NCBI GenBank assembly: GCA_977030845.1
Contig: OZ365109.1
Span: 42,036,001 to 42,100,000 of the forward strand
Direction: 5' to 3'
DNA from: Fimbriosthenelais zetlandica
Lineage: Eukaryota
Length of the DNA stretch: 64,000 nt
Shown: one piece after another, positions 1 to 11,398 of the stretch
Numbering within the stretch: position 1 is the stretch's first letter
How the letters are laid out: each line of letters opens with the position of its first letter
The notes under the pieces: generated by a model
Told to the model about the DNA's origin: nothing
What the model saw: only the letters and a program-made list of their open reading frames with translations
Database searches by the model: none
Made by a program: the position numbers and the translations under genes

Positions 1-199
1 ATTCCAAGTTATAGTTATATTATAGGTGTGAGCAGGTGGTGCTGCTTCTCCCGTGCCTCTCAGCCAAACTGGTTTTCTTTAAGAGCTTCAATCGTTGAAT
101 AATTTATTGCTTCCATCTGTATTATTTCAGCCAGGGGTGCACATAATTATTCACTGTTTTAAGAACATGAACCCCCATCCTTAAATCCCAATTTCCCAC

Positions 200-544
200 G
201 GATCATATTTCGAAGCGTTAGCCAAGCGTCTCAACCTCTGGCGCCAAACTGCCGCGTTGTATCGGGTAGCTGGCGGGAGGATGTTAAAGTGGTATCATTC
301 TACCGTTTTCCCGTGCATAAGTAGTATACAGAAAGTGGTCTCTTCCTCGGGGAACCCTGGCTAACACAGCGGTAAGAGAGAAGACATTAACATTACTCGA
401 CATTTAATGCCAGGAAATCCCGATTTCCTTCTTCATTCTCATAAAGGGATAGCGATGACGTGGTCTAAAGTGTGTCGTTGTTCGGGTACAAGTTCGATGA
501 AGTCAACAGGAGCCATCACGTTATAGTGAAAAAATAGTTACTTG
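200..544 (+). promoter_or_regulatory. Probable promoter / non-coding first exon of the ASB-family gene
   Basis: CpG-containing segment with no ORF, ending in a consensus donor TG|GTAAGT at 545. A matching acceptor (poly-T CAG) lies at 1087-1088, 16 nt before the ATG. A TGACGTGG (CRE/UPRE-like) motif is at 456-463. The left boundary is approximate. Confidence 0.45.
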
Positions 545-1104
545 GTAAGTCTACCAGTTCCACTTTCCCGTAAACCTAGCCTGCTATATTATACGGTAAA
601 TGCGATCTGCATGATGTAACATAGCTTACCTGCTAATGATAGCTTTGAATATTCCACACAGTAGTGAGTAGTCTGCCGAGTGAGAAATCTCATGAATTGT
701 TTCAATGGGAGGAAAATTGGTCAAAAAGTTTAAATCAGAGAGAGAGAGCGTGCTTTCAAATACTTGGCTTATAGGCCTATACGGTGTTTGTGGATGATTT
801 TGGCGAGGCAAGGAAATAGAAAATGTCAGTACTGATCAATTGTCTCTGGATATTGATTTCCATTTGCATGCACTGATTTCCATAGATAGGGGCCATAGCA
901 GTAGGCCTATGAAAGCCACAATACTCCTACCTGGCACTATAATATTATGCCTATTGGGAAATATGTTCAGAATCATTCTAATAGACCCACCGATTGAATA
1001 GAATACCGGTACTATAGGCCTATAACAGCTTATCATTTCACAATTAAATTTGTTTATTATCATGAATTCTCATTTTAATTTTTTTCAGAGGTAGGCCTTA
1101 TAAG

Positions 1105-2217
1105 ATGATGGCAGTGGATGATCCAGAAGTGCCGCCCCTTCAGAGGGCGGCGGGGGCGGGTCGCATTGACATCTTACACGAGCTCTTAACATCAACTTGC
1201 CAGGACATCAATCAGCGGAATGACCTAGGTCAGACTGCCCTCCATCTAGCCTGCAGTGGGGGTCATGCTGATGCCACCCACCTCCTCCTCCAGCATGGGG
1301 CTGACCCCAGTCTCAGAGACTTCCGTCATGAGACAGCCCTCATGAAAGCTGCCAAAGGTGGACACCACCAAGTCATCTGCGTCTTCCTCAAACACATTCC
1401 ACAGGGCTTCTCAACTGAGGAGTCAAGGACTGAAAGCATAAAGAAGTTCATCCGCGGAGTCACTGCCAGACCGACCAAAGTGGTACGGACATTATTTAAC
1501 AGGTTCAAACTGAACGGGTCCAAAGGAGAAGGGCAGAGTTACCTGGCACAGTGCGAGAGGGAGGAGGCCCGGGCTGGGTTGGGTCGGTTAGGACCATGCT
1601 GGGAATCTGTCCTCAGAGCCACAGTAGCTGAAGGCCACATGCAAATCGTCGAACTTCTCCTGAGTCACAATATTGACATCAACTCAGGTGACATGAATGG
1701 TGTCACAGCTCTTTCTCTAGCTTCTGGTTACGGCCATAAAGATGTAGTCTCGCTCTTGTTGAGATATGGCGCCAGCACCAACAAGAAGGACTTGGCCGGA
1801 GAGACGCCATTGTTAAAAGCTGCCTGGAGTGGTCACAGTGAGGTGCTCAAACTTCTCCTGGACATAGGGGTGTCTATCAACCAGGCAGATGATGAAGGTA
1901 TGACATCCTTGCATTTCGCGGCGCGTAAAGGCAATTTGAGAGCGGTGCGGCTGTTGGTGGAAGAAGGCGCAGATCTGCACCGCACCACGGTACACCGACT
2001 CACCTACGGTTCGGATTATCCGGTGTTAGCGGGTGCCACGCCCACTCACATGGCAGCTTGGGGTAATCATGGAGATGTCCTCCAATGTTTGGTGAGGGCT
2101 GGGGGTGATGTGGATGCCACTACAATGATGGGTCAGACGTGCCTTCATATAGCTACTGATACTGCCTTGTACTGTGGTGAACGGAGGAGTTCCCGCTCAC
2201 ATGCCCGTCCTAATATG
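1105..2217 (+). CDS. Ankyrin repeat and SOCS box protein (ASB family), coding exon 1 (371 aa, about 9 ankyrin repeats)
   Basis: Repeated G-x-T-A/P-L-H-x-A...G-H...LL ankyrin motifs (GQTALHLAC, GVTALSLAS, GETPLLKAA, GMTSLHFAA, GATPTHMAA, GQTCLHIAT). A donor ATG|GTAGGC at 2218 is phase 0 and joins in frame to 2753. Confidence 0.9.
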
Positions 2218-2752
2218 GTAGGCTTCTTTCATTCATTTATTATGATCGCATCAAGGGCTGTTTAGACAGGATCTGTGCAAGTGGACATGTCCATTCTTAT
2301 GGTAGGCCTATCTGTGTCTAGAATAGAAACCCGTTTTCTGACAACCTCATCATGCTCATGCACTTCATGATGCAGACCAACATGACATGCGGTAGGCCTA
2401 ATAGACGCGTCCACCTGCATGGACCCAAAGGGCTTTCATTGTTTCTATGGCCATTATGGAATCTGGAGAGAAAGTTATTTCAATATTTCCCTATTCAAAA
2501 TCTAGTACGGTACTAATCTTTGAAAAATTCTAGATGAATATGCATTTTCCAATAATTTAATACCGTACACCATATTCAGTGGTTCTCCACCGTTCTCATA
2601 CATTAAGTGTTTCTATTTCCAATAACATAGGGCCTACCATACGTAGACATAATGTCTATGAACATAGCCTACGTAACTTAATGTGGTCCCTCATTTTTAG
2701 GCCTAAAACCTAATTGTTCCATAAGACTGTAGGCCTAAAATATTGATTTCAG

Positions 2753-3355
2753 GAAGGATTACGTGCCCTCCTCCATGAGAGCTGCCACATGAACCTGACG
2801 GACGTGGACGACAACACGCCACTCGACCTCACCTGGACGTTAGGAGGTCATCCACAAGTGGCGCTCACACTTCTCAGTCACGGCGCCAAATTCAGCCAAT
2901 CAAAACTGTCCGACTTCAGGTACCTTCTCCTTGATGACAGCGGGGCTGAGCTTCACTATGATGTCTGCAGGGCAGTCCTTATCTCTGGTAACCATGGAAA
3001 CTTCTCAGTCCCTAACTGCGACGCGCCCATGTTATGTGACCGTCTGACAGCCCTGGGTGCGGTGGACGATTTCTATGCCTGGTTACATTGTTTCATTTTC
3101 ACGCCTCTCCCGCTCAAATTCATGCTCCGGATTGCTATGCGTCAGTGGCTCATCCAGAAGAGAAGGGGCCTTTCCATCAGTAACCTGGTGAAACATTTAG
3201 ATATCCCCGTCATCCTGCAGGAATTCCTGCTGCTTCAGGATTTGGTGAATGTGGTCGCGGATTATGAACATCCTAGTTATTCATGTGATAGCTCCAGTTA
3301 TGATAATCTGTCTAAATCTGGCTGTAGTGATGTTACAGATCATGATGTGGAGTGA
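2753..3355 (+). CDS. ASB-family protein, coding exon 2 (last ankyrin repeat, SOCS box, acidic tail); full protein 571 aa
   Basis: Acceptor TTTCAG|GAA at 2751-2752 is in frame with the 2789 ORF. It completes an ankyrin repeat (..PNM-EGLRALLHESCHMNLTDVDDNTPLDL). SOCS-box-like PLPLKFMLRIAMR...LDIPVILQEFLL follows, then TGA. Confidence 0.88.
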   Translation, partial: EGLRALLHESCHMNLTDVDDNTPLDLTWTLGGHPQVALTLLSHGAKFSQSKLSDFRYLLLDDSGAELHYDVCRAVLISGNHGNFSVPNCDAPMLCDRLTALGAVDDFYAWLHCFIFTPLPLKFMLRIAMRQWLIQKRRGLSISNLVKHLDIPVILQEFLLLQDLVNVVADYEHPSYSCDSSSYDNLSKSGCSDVTDHDVE

Positions 3356-3850
3356 AAAAAATAGATCAAACTAAACGAGGGGTGTATACATGTATGGGCA
3401 AATGGATGGCTAAAACACAACTCAGGGCCATAGCCAGAATTTTCTGGGTGGGGGTGGGGTGGGGGGAACGCAAATCAAGGTAAAACCCCAATTGGAGTCA
3501 TCATCATACACTTCACTTCCGGTCTTCAAGAAGACTTCAAGAAGGCATTAATTTTGTCACTCTAAATCAGACCATATACTTTTCAGCAAAACATATAATG
3601 CTGGCTTGGACTTTGGTTTTGTAGCTATGCAATAAGTCAAATTATTTGCTAATGACTTGACAAACATCAGAACGGGCGTCCCACAGAGGTGGATGATTTA
3701 CATGAATGATGTTCTGGCAGCTAAAAAATCATATTATGTGTTTCAGACACCCACCCCCTTGAATCAAGCGCTGATCAAGAAACGTCAACACCCGTGGGTG
3801 TACTGGAGACGTGGTTGGGGTTTGGGGGGATCATATATGGCTCTGCAACT

Positions 3851-3930
3851 GTCCTCACAATGTTTAGGCCTAAGTGTCACGAGTGGCAGAGTGTAGCGTA
3901 GACACAAGTGACACTAACATTGTTGAGGAC
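3851..3930. repeat. Short inverted repeat (about 23 bp arms); the left arm carries an extra TAGGCCTA
   Basis: Left arm gtcctca-caatgtt[taggccta]agtgtcac versus reverse complement of right arm gtcctcaacaatgttagtgtcac. Confidence 0.8.
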
Positions 3931-5326
3931 ACGAGTGTTTTTGTAATCCATACGACTAGATGCAGCCCGTCATGGCAAGGGTATATGCACAAGAAAGGAA
4001 AATACACCCCACAGATATCAGTTTTGAGTCAGGAATAAATATGCCTGTCATCCTAATAATTCCTATTATAGTATCAAGAGCATTTGTGAAAGAGTGGGGC
4101 TGGGGGCAGTCAAGGGGTGCAGGGAAATAAATCATCCCTGAAAGAGAGATCCTGACACCTTGGACCTCCCCCTGGATCCACCCTTGCTACATTAAAACCT
4201 CATTAAAATCTCTTTAAAATCCCTACTTCTGGGATAAAATATGTGTATAGATTTAAGGGATTTCACAGTACTTTTTTCAGATTCTTCATGACTGCTAACA
4301 ATTTAGTCAAATGTTACGGAGGTTGTGCACTAGAAGATGACGGTTAAGGTTCTCCTCTTTGTATCTATGTACATTTCACTATTGTCAACCTTGTTATAAA
4401 CTTGTTACATTTTACTGTATATACTGCTATGACACGGTGCTTCACTGCATAGTCTGTAATTCAAAATCTGCACAGTGTTTCTAGTATTTTTGTAAAGAAA
4501 GAAATTATACCGGTAATAATAGTCTAAAACATTAACTTATCCCAATTTTCCGAACTCCCAGAAATTTCAAAATAGCAATGTCATGTCTATGGGAAACGTG
4601 GTTATTTAATCCTCTTGATAACTACGAATAACTTTGATTTTGTTACGTAACTGCAGGTTGGGGAGTAGGCCTACATATAAGAAATTTAAGGATACAGTGT
4701 AACGAGTTTTGTGCCACTCATTTCACAAAATATAAAATATAATCATGGATATTCACAGGGCATGAATTGACCAATGTAAATCAATTAAAAAAGGTGTATA
4801 CTATTGGGATGAAGATTTGTCGATGAATCAAACTTCCCAACCACATGCTGGTCACAAACTGCGAATAACTCACAACATTGCTATACTTGCTAAAGTATAG
4901 AATACCGGTCTACTGTGCCTGTATATGGCCTGGTATATCATACACATATTATATTCATTGAATATTGCATGCAACATATCAATAACCAGATTTTTGCAAA
5001 CATCTGTACTTGAATGTACTTGAGACTTAGCTTGAAAATATTACGAGGGCAGTTTTATGTTTTTTGTTGTCTGCCTATTTCATACAGCAGTACCATTCAA
5101 AAACGGATGATATACAATCATTATATGCCACATACTTCATGTTCTTCATATATAAAAATGTATAACGAGTCCTATAATAATGTGCATTAACTTGATTTGA
5201 AAATACGTATTCAGTGGTCACAGTTGTTGTTTTCTTTGACAAAAGATTTATTATTTTGTCACTCTGTTGATTTCTTTAATAACTAATATTATTTCTAAAA
5301 TAAATCCTCGCTTGGAATTTACCATG

Positions 5327-5606
5327 GAAATGCCCCTATTTCAATCCTTACATCTCTAAAGATCTCTATATTATTTTTAAATAATACTCAAGTGGGGCAG
5401 GGCCATAGGGGTTGCAGTGGACCTATACCTATATCTTTAATAGCATATTGTACAACAATATGCTTTATCGTTGTACACCACCCTGATAATCTCTATTTTC
5501 ATGATCTTTATTAATACTCAGTTAGGGTAGGGGTATTGGGTTTACAGTGAAAATGCACCCATTTCATTCCTACATCTCTAAAACTCTATTTTCCAAGATA
5601 TCTTTT
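5327..5606. repeat. Degenerate tandem repeat, about 3 units of 90-130 bp, next to the TYMP exon 6 donor
   Basis: Recurrent blocks atttca-tcc-tacatctctaaa, tctctat-tt, aatactca-t-ggg-aggg and cagtg. Confidence 0.45.
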
Positions 5607-5636
5607 CATTTCATTTAAAGAAAAATATTTTCTTAC

Positions 5637-5864
5637 CCGTTTCTTGAGCTCTGATGGGAGTGGTGTATTTGGAGGAGGGGAGTATTTTCATCGCTTCTTC
5701 ATCACTGGCGAAGAGTCTTTCAGCCAGCTCTCTCTCCACACCTTGAGCTACAATCATGTCAATGAACTTCTTCTTAGCTGATCCATTTTTAATCACTTCG
5801 TTCATCCTTTCCTCCCCTTCAGCCACTGTTTTCACTCGATTTGTGCTCAAGAGCAGCTGGGCAC
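5637..5864 (-). CDS. TYMP: Thymidine phosphorylase, coding exon 6 (last one found in the window)
   Basis: GAQLLLSTNRV...NGSAKKKFIDMIVAQGV matches the TP helical region. AG acceptor at 5865-5866 (phase 1), donor G|GTAAGA at 5635-5636. Confidence 0.85.
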
Positions 5865-6474
5865 CTATTTAAAAAAAAGTTTTTTTTTAATATAATTTTT
5901 GCCTCTTCAACAATAATTATCAAAAATATAGTGTACTATTTTCCAGTGCCTTAAATATTTATTTTGTTCTGCTATGTTTTATATATATTGCTTGGGCCTA
6001 TGTTAATTGAATAATTATGTGCATTTTCATATTTTTCCGAGAATTTATCTAAAACCACAAGATAAGGCAAACAAAATTAATGCTGTCTCTCAGTTTCCTG
6101 TACTAATTAAGTAATTATTAATAATTACATTATTGTAATATAATTATGTTATATTCAGTAATTAAAATGTTATTTATCTCTGATATGAAACCTAATATAT
6201 AGAGTCATGTTCCTTCCAGCTGCGATGGATTGAATGATAAAATGAAGACCATAATGTCGGTTTTGATTTAAAAAGCATGGGGGCCAGTCTACATTATTAT
6301 GTACATGTATACCACTTTACTAATATCTCATCCCATGAGATATTTAATACCTAACTCTGAAAACAATCAAAAACGTTCACTCATCAGTCTGCTCTGCTTT
6401 TCCAGACACGGTCATGAGACTATTTTTGTTATATCTTATGACTTTATTACTCATCTAATCTATTAAGCCATGTT

Positions 6475-6724
6475 CCGACTATCACGATCGATATACCACT
6501 AAGATACAACTCCAGTTGATATAGGTTATGCGATAGAGAAAACACCTAAAATTCAGCCATAATTCATTTCTAGCCCTTGGAAAAACTCGAATCAAGTCAA
6601 CTGTGAATATATTTCTATGATTTAATTAATTTTAATGTGGCTGCATTTTGGCTACAATGTAACTTTCCTCTATCGAATGATCTATCTTAACTGTTATTTT
6701 AGTTGTCTATCGTAATAGTGGGTG
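6475..6724. mobile_element. MITE-like element, about 250 bp (copy 1), with about 30 bp imperfect terminal inverted repeats
   Basis: Left end cgactatcacgatcga..ccactaagata; right end reverse complement ccactattacgatagacaactaaaata. Homologous along its length to 54257-54483. Confidence 0.65.
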
Positions 6725-7151
6725 TACCCCATTCAATAATCCAATATGGACCATCTGCATGATTGTAATATTTATCAAGGGTGACTGAAGTAGCGAGGGA
6801 TATGTAACAGAGATATACATGTACATTAGTCCCAAGTGTTTCTATTACTCTGACTTGTCCATGACTCGATGTGTATCCCAACTCTTACCCCAGATAACCC
6901 CTGTCAACTTTATACTTCGGATAGCTTTACATCACATTGAAAAGTACTTCTGATATAGGATGACTATTCATATAAGTGGGGTCATCAAAGTTTGCAAATA
7001 AACAGTTACACCAACCAAACATGGTTGTACTTTTTAGCTGAAAACTGCATGGGACTAATATGAAATTGTACTGTGTCAATATACTAATCTCTTTCTGACG
7101 ACCACTCCCCTTATACGACCATAATTATCACGTCTGGTCCCTGTGGTGAGG

Positions 7152-7276
7152 TACCGTTTTTCATTGACTGGTGCATATATCATTCACTTATAATACTGTT
7201 TTTATTGACTGATGCATAACACATTCACTTATGATACCGTCATTCATTGACTGGTGCATAACACATTCACTTATGG
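7152..7276. repeat. Minisatellite, 3 x 41-42 bp
   Basis: Unit taccgt..ttcattgactggtgcataacacattcacttatg. A TAGGCCTA sits where the TA of a fourth unit would start. Confidence 0.85.
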
Positions 7277-7333
7277 TAGGCCTACTGAAAATGTATATTT
7301 AATAAAAAAAAAAATTGCGGAATCAGTGCTCAC

Positions 7334-7496
7334 CAATGGTACAGACAGAGTTGTGTAGATCGGATGATCCTCGTCCATTCAGACATTGTATTGTCTCCAG
7401 GATCTCCAGTGAGTTACCCACAGTCCTACCCAGAGGGTGGTCCATCCTCATCAGAATCCCTGTAGTCTTCATACCAAGCGAGCAGCCTGTCCTCAC
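7334..7496 (-). CDS. TYMP: Thymidine phosphorylase, coding exon 5
   Basis: VRTGCSLGMKTTGILMRMDHPLGRTVGNSLEILETIQCLNGRGSSDL matches the TP MDxPLGxxVGNxLE motif. Phase 0 in, phase 1 out, GT-AG. Not in the supplied ORF track. Confidence 0.92.
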
Positions 7497-8425
7497 CTAG
7501 AGCAAACAAATCATTACAAATTCGAACCATTTACGCACCAGTCAATGTTCCTCCACATCTATGCACTATAATTTGATCTTATTGTTGCCATGTTTTTTAA
7601 ATAGCGCCAGGGATTGAGGTTTCCCTGCACTAGCCTATAAACCTAAATTTGGTTGCGGCCATGTTTTCTTTTTTTTTTATTCGGGAGCAAATCGTCACAT
7701 TTAGGGATTGATTTATCTCTACTGAGACGTAAGCCAATATATAATTTTTAGTGAAATCATGTACAAACTACCAAGGACAATAACTTTATACTGGAAAGGG
7801 TCCCCCCCCCCCCAACCCACAACCGCCATACCGTCGGCCTGTTTCCTCTCCCACCAAAATATGTCACAGTTACACTTAAGTAAAATTAAACCTTTTTTGA
7901 AGTGATTTAGAGTGTTATTAATACAAGCTACCAAGTGACAACATAATGTATTTCCTGACAGCTATATACCTCATAACTCATGACTCAGACAAAGCACAAA
8001 GACCTGCTTTGTTGATGGAGTGAGAAGAGAAAGTCACATTCACTCAGTTTCGATAATGGATAAAAAAAGAAAGATACTACAGTTAAAGCTATTTCCAGAT
8101 TCTGGACCATTTCCCAGAAATGTCCATTCTACCCTGAACTGGTTTCCAAATGGCACCGTATAATTATAGACCATATTTTTGTCTTTTCAACTTATAGAAA
8201 GAATCATGAATCATGAAGAGCTTTAGGTCCTCCTGTTAGAGTTCAATATCTGTCTGATCAATACACGCGTATATGAATTTTCAAACCGCCATTTAGTGAT
8301 ATGTTTTCAAGGCTTCGTCTCACATTTATTCATTTTTATAGCATCTATTAAGGGACGAGAAAAATTCAAGCCGACTGATACAAGTGAAACAAGGAATGAC
8401 AGTAAAAATGTTATGAAATACCCAC

Positions 8426-8544
8426 AAGCATTTTGCCTAAGTTGCGAGCATCCTCCTCGGTTTTCATGAAAGCGGCTTTACCAAAAGTGATTACCATGGC
8501 AAGGGCGTCCAGAGATTCTGCTGCTTTCTTAGCCATGATGGAAC
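8426..8544 (-). CDS. TYMP: Thymidine phosphorylase, coding exon 4
   Basis: GSIMAKKAAESLDALAMVITFGKAAFMK matches the SIxxKK pyrimidine-binding motif. Phase 1 in, phase 0 out. Not in the supplied ORF track. Confidence 0.9.
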
Positions 8545-8827
8545 CTTCAATAATAACAAAGCTTCATGTTTATTTCTATAGCGTATCAGTCTGTCAGAGA
8601 TTTCAGGAAAAAGTCTGAATATTTTAGTAAATGTTAGGAACATTTTGGATAAGTAAAAAGGAAAAAGTCATCGGATTGTTTAAAAAAAAAAACCCTCGTC
8701 TAAGTTTTTGATAGCTTACATAATATCTCTAAATCGTGAAATGGTTAATGTGTATCTGGAAATATGTGTCGTGCAGAACAGTTTCAACTGTACATGCTTT
8801 TCACAGTAAGTAGGCCTATAAGTTTAC

Positions 8828-9056
8828 CTGTAATGAGCGAGTTATTGGCTACTGTACATGTGACATCTCTCAACCCATATAGCACCTTGTCGGCAGGAAC
8901 CATCTTTTTGGTGGGACTAACTATAAAGACCCCTGCTTTATCCAGGATGTCATGCATCTCACTGGGGCTGAAGTCAGTCTTTAACCCAGGTATGGCCTCC
9001 AGCTTGTCGATGGTTCCTCCCGTGTGTTCTAGACCACGTCCTGAGATCATTGGTAC
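8828..9056 (-). CDS. TYMP: Thymidine phosphorylase, coding exon 3
   Basis: VPMISGRGLEHTGGTIDKLEAIPG signature and LYGLRDVTCTV. Phase 0 in, phase 1 out. Confidence 0.95.
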
Positions 9057-9239
9057 CTGAATGTAACCGTAAAACGTTAATTTCGAATGAACCACTTTAC
9101 TAATTATTTGAAATCAATCATTTTATTTTCAGTTGATTAGAGTGTCAGCTGATTCGATCTGGAGGTTACCCATGCATGATTGAAAGGTTGGGGACTCAAA
9201 TCCTGAGCTACCATAGGGATTTCAATGCATTTTTCTTAC

Positions 9240-9442
9240 ACGTAGACCACAGGCAGCTATAGCTGGGGCGAGGATAAGGCTGGTCTTCTCCCCTACTCCT
9301 CCAGTGGAGTGTTTGTCTACCAGGGTACCGCGCCATTCAGTACCCCACTCTAGAACCTCACCTGACCTATGCATGGTGGAGGTCAATATAGAGGTTTCCA
9401 ACTCATTCATACCATTCAGGTATATAGCCATCAACATGGCCC
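9240..9442 (-). CDS. TYMP: Thymidine phosphorylase, coding exon 2
   Basis: [12 protein letters not shown] and the catalytic [11 protein letters not shown] motif. Phase 1 in, phase 0 out. Confidence 0.95.
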
Positions 9443-11154
9443 CTGCCAAATAAAATGAACTTTAATTAACATTAACAATTAACATGATGTCCTTGCCAGC
9501 ATTTCAATTGAAACAATCCATTATTCTACAACTTGCTAGTATACAATGTACTCTATGCAATCAGTACAACTATAATGCCTTTGGGAGAATTCAATATCTC
9601 TATAGGGGCCTATTGTACTAAAAAGTAATTCCCTCAGTAACTTGGTTTTCACTATAATTTATGCTTACTTTCTTCACATTTTTGAAACGGGGTCAAAACG
9701 GGATTAACCTCAGGGACTCCGAGCCGGAAAACTTTTGACTGTCAGGTTTTAAAACGTTTTAAGATCCATTATATTATCGTTGTGACCTCGGGTTTCCTGT
9801 ATAAGTAACTTGACTGGTGGGAGGAACCCTCTCATACATTATCTTTTTGACAGCAATTATATCTATATTGTAACTCGATTATTGATGTAAATTGTATATA
9901 CATTGTATTCATTTGACACTTCTTGATTTGTATAGGAAGCAAACAAACAATGTGATAAGACCTAAGATTACTTCCCTACTTCACCTATATATCAGTGCAG
10001 GACTGTTCCTATTAGAAAATGCATATATGGTTGGCCTATACACTGTAAGTGAGATCCGAATATATTTAACGTCAGTTTAAAGGCTTCATAAGCCCCAAGA
10101 CGATAATTAATTCACTCATATTAATTGTATAATATATTTAATTATATTAAATAAATACAAAACTGTAAAGATACATTTTCGTTCAAAGAAATTTAAGTTT
10201 AAATAGATGACACAGATTCCCAGCTTCATATTTCTGTTCTAACGAGCTGCAGAATATTCCCCTATGTGAACATCAACTTCATGCCGACAATAAAATAATA
10301 TTTATACCAAATTATTTAAAAGTAAGAGAAGTATAAAAATTAAAATGGGCAACACGTGTGATGGTATTATGCGTCGAACTTTATCTCTCTTAAAACATGA
10401 AGGCTATATGCCATCAAAACGTTATCTTTAATATCAGCGTCGGTTGATCTTTTTTCTGTTCACATATACTATGGATTAAACTTGCATTTGTAAATAACTC
10501 CACTGTATCAGAGCGACTGTTATGTTTTTGTTTATGTGTTGAACCCTCAATGCTTTACAATTTGCATTGTGGGAGATGATTTTCAAGCAACTATTTTTTT
10601 CACTGGGCCAGATACGTGAAGACATAAACCTGGTTGTTATCTCTGGCTTTCAGCGCACGGCCAGCCTGACATTTCTAAATGACTAAATATGTTCAATTGA
10701 ACCTTCTCCTTTCTCTTTAGACAGTTTTTCCAGAGATGTTTATCCTAAATCCAGAAACAACAACCTGACTCGTGTCTACTATGATCCAGCCCAGTGCTTC
10801 ATGCCCAGTGCTGCAGTTAAAGCTTTTTACACCCCATTGGTGAATAATTTTGGTAGAAACATACATTTGGAGCTTTTACAACGCGTAATGTGGTTTTGTT
10901 CTTCTAGAAATTCCTGTGAGACACGTTTTTATTATTTGAAAGTAGGAGAGTCTATATAAGGATATTGCTATGCTATTAAAAGTGGGACCAAATCCATGCT
11001 ACCCCGGCATTTGATCCATGATTGCATACAGCAATATGCATATGGTTGATGTCGAAGATTATGAGTTTGACGATTAATATCTTTTAGATTACAATATGTG
11101 TAAACTTTCTGTACTACAGTTTAAAGGGGCTTTGTGATTTAAAATGTTTCTCAC

Positions 11155-11278
11155 CGATTTGAGCTGCGGTAATTTTACCACTCACCACTCCCTCAATAAA
11201 ACCTCGGACTTCTTCCTCTGTCAGGGCCTTGGCATCCCTCTTTTTGGCAATGATATCGGCGACGAGAATTCCAGACAT
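11155..11278 (-). CDS. TYMP: Thymidine phosphorylase, coding exon 1
   Basis: MSGILVADIIAKKRDAKALTEEEVRGFIEGVVSGKITAAQIG matches the TP N-terminal IxKKRDG..L..EI domain. Donor G|GTGAGA; upstream acceptor at 11287-11288. Confidence 0.92.
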
Positions 11279-11398
11279 GATGAAATCTTGTTGTGAATAA
11301 AAAGCAGTCGCGGTTAAATTAAGATATTCTTGCAATTCCGAGTGTATATTAGAAATCAGATTGCTGGTCCGAAAGGAAGGAAATCATTACATATACTT

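Noticed and set aside
630-672. Minus-strand 43 nt segment flanked by AG and GTAAGC, considered as a missing TYMP exon
   Set aside because: It translates to DYSLLCGIFKAIIS, with no similarity to the TP C-terminal domain.
2218-2265. C-terminal VGFFHSFIMIASRAV of the 386 aa ORF
   Set aside because: Intron read-through; a phase-0 splice to 2753 restores the ankyrin repeat and adds the SOCS box.
11279-11335. N-terminal extensions given by the ORF track for TYMP (also PKC 21718 and BRI3 19789)
   Set aside because: They start at non-ATG codons, and the TYMP one crosses a splice acceptor. The downstream ATGs fit the families.
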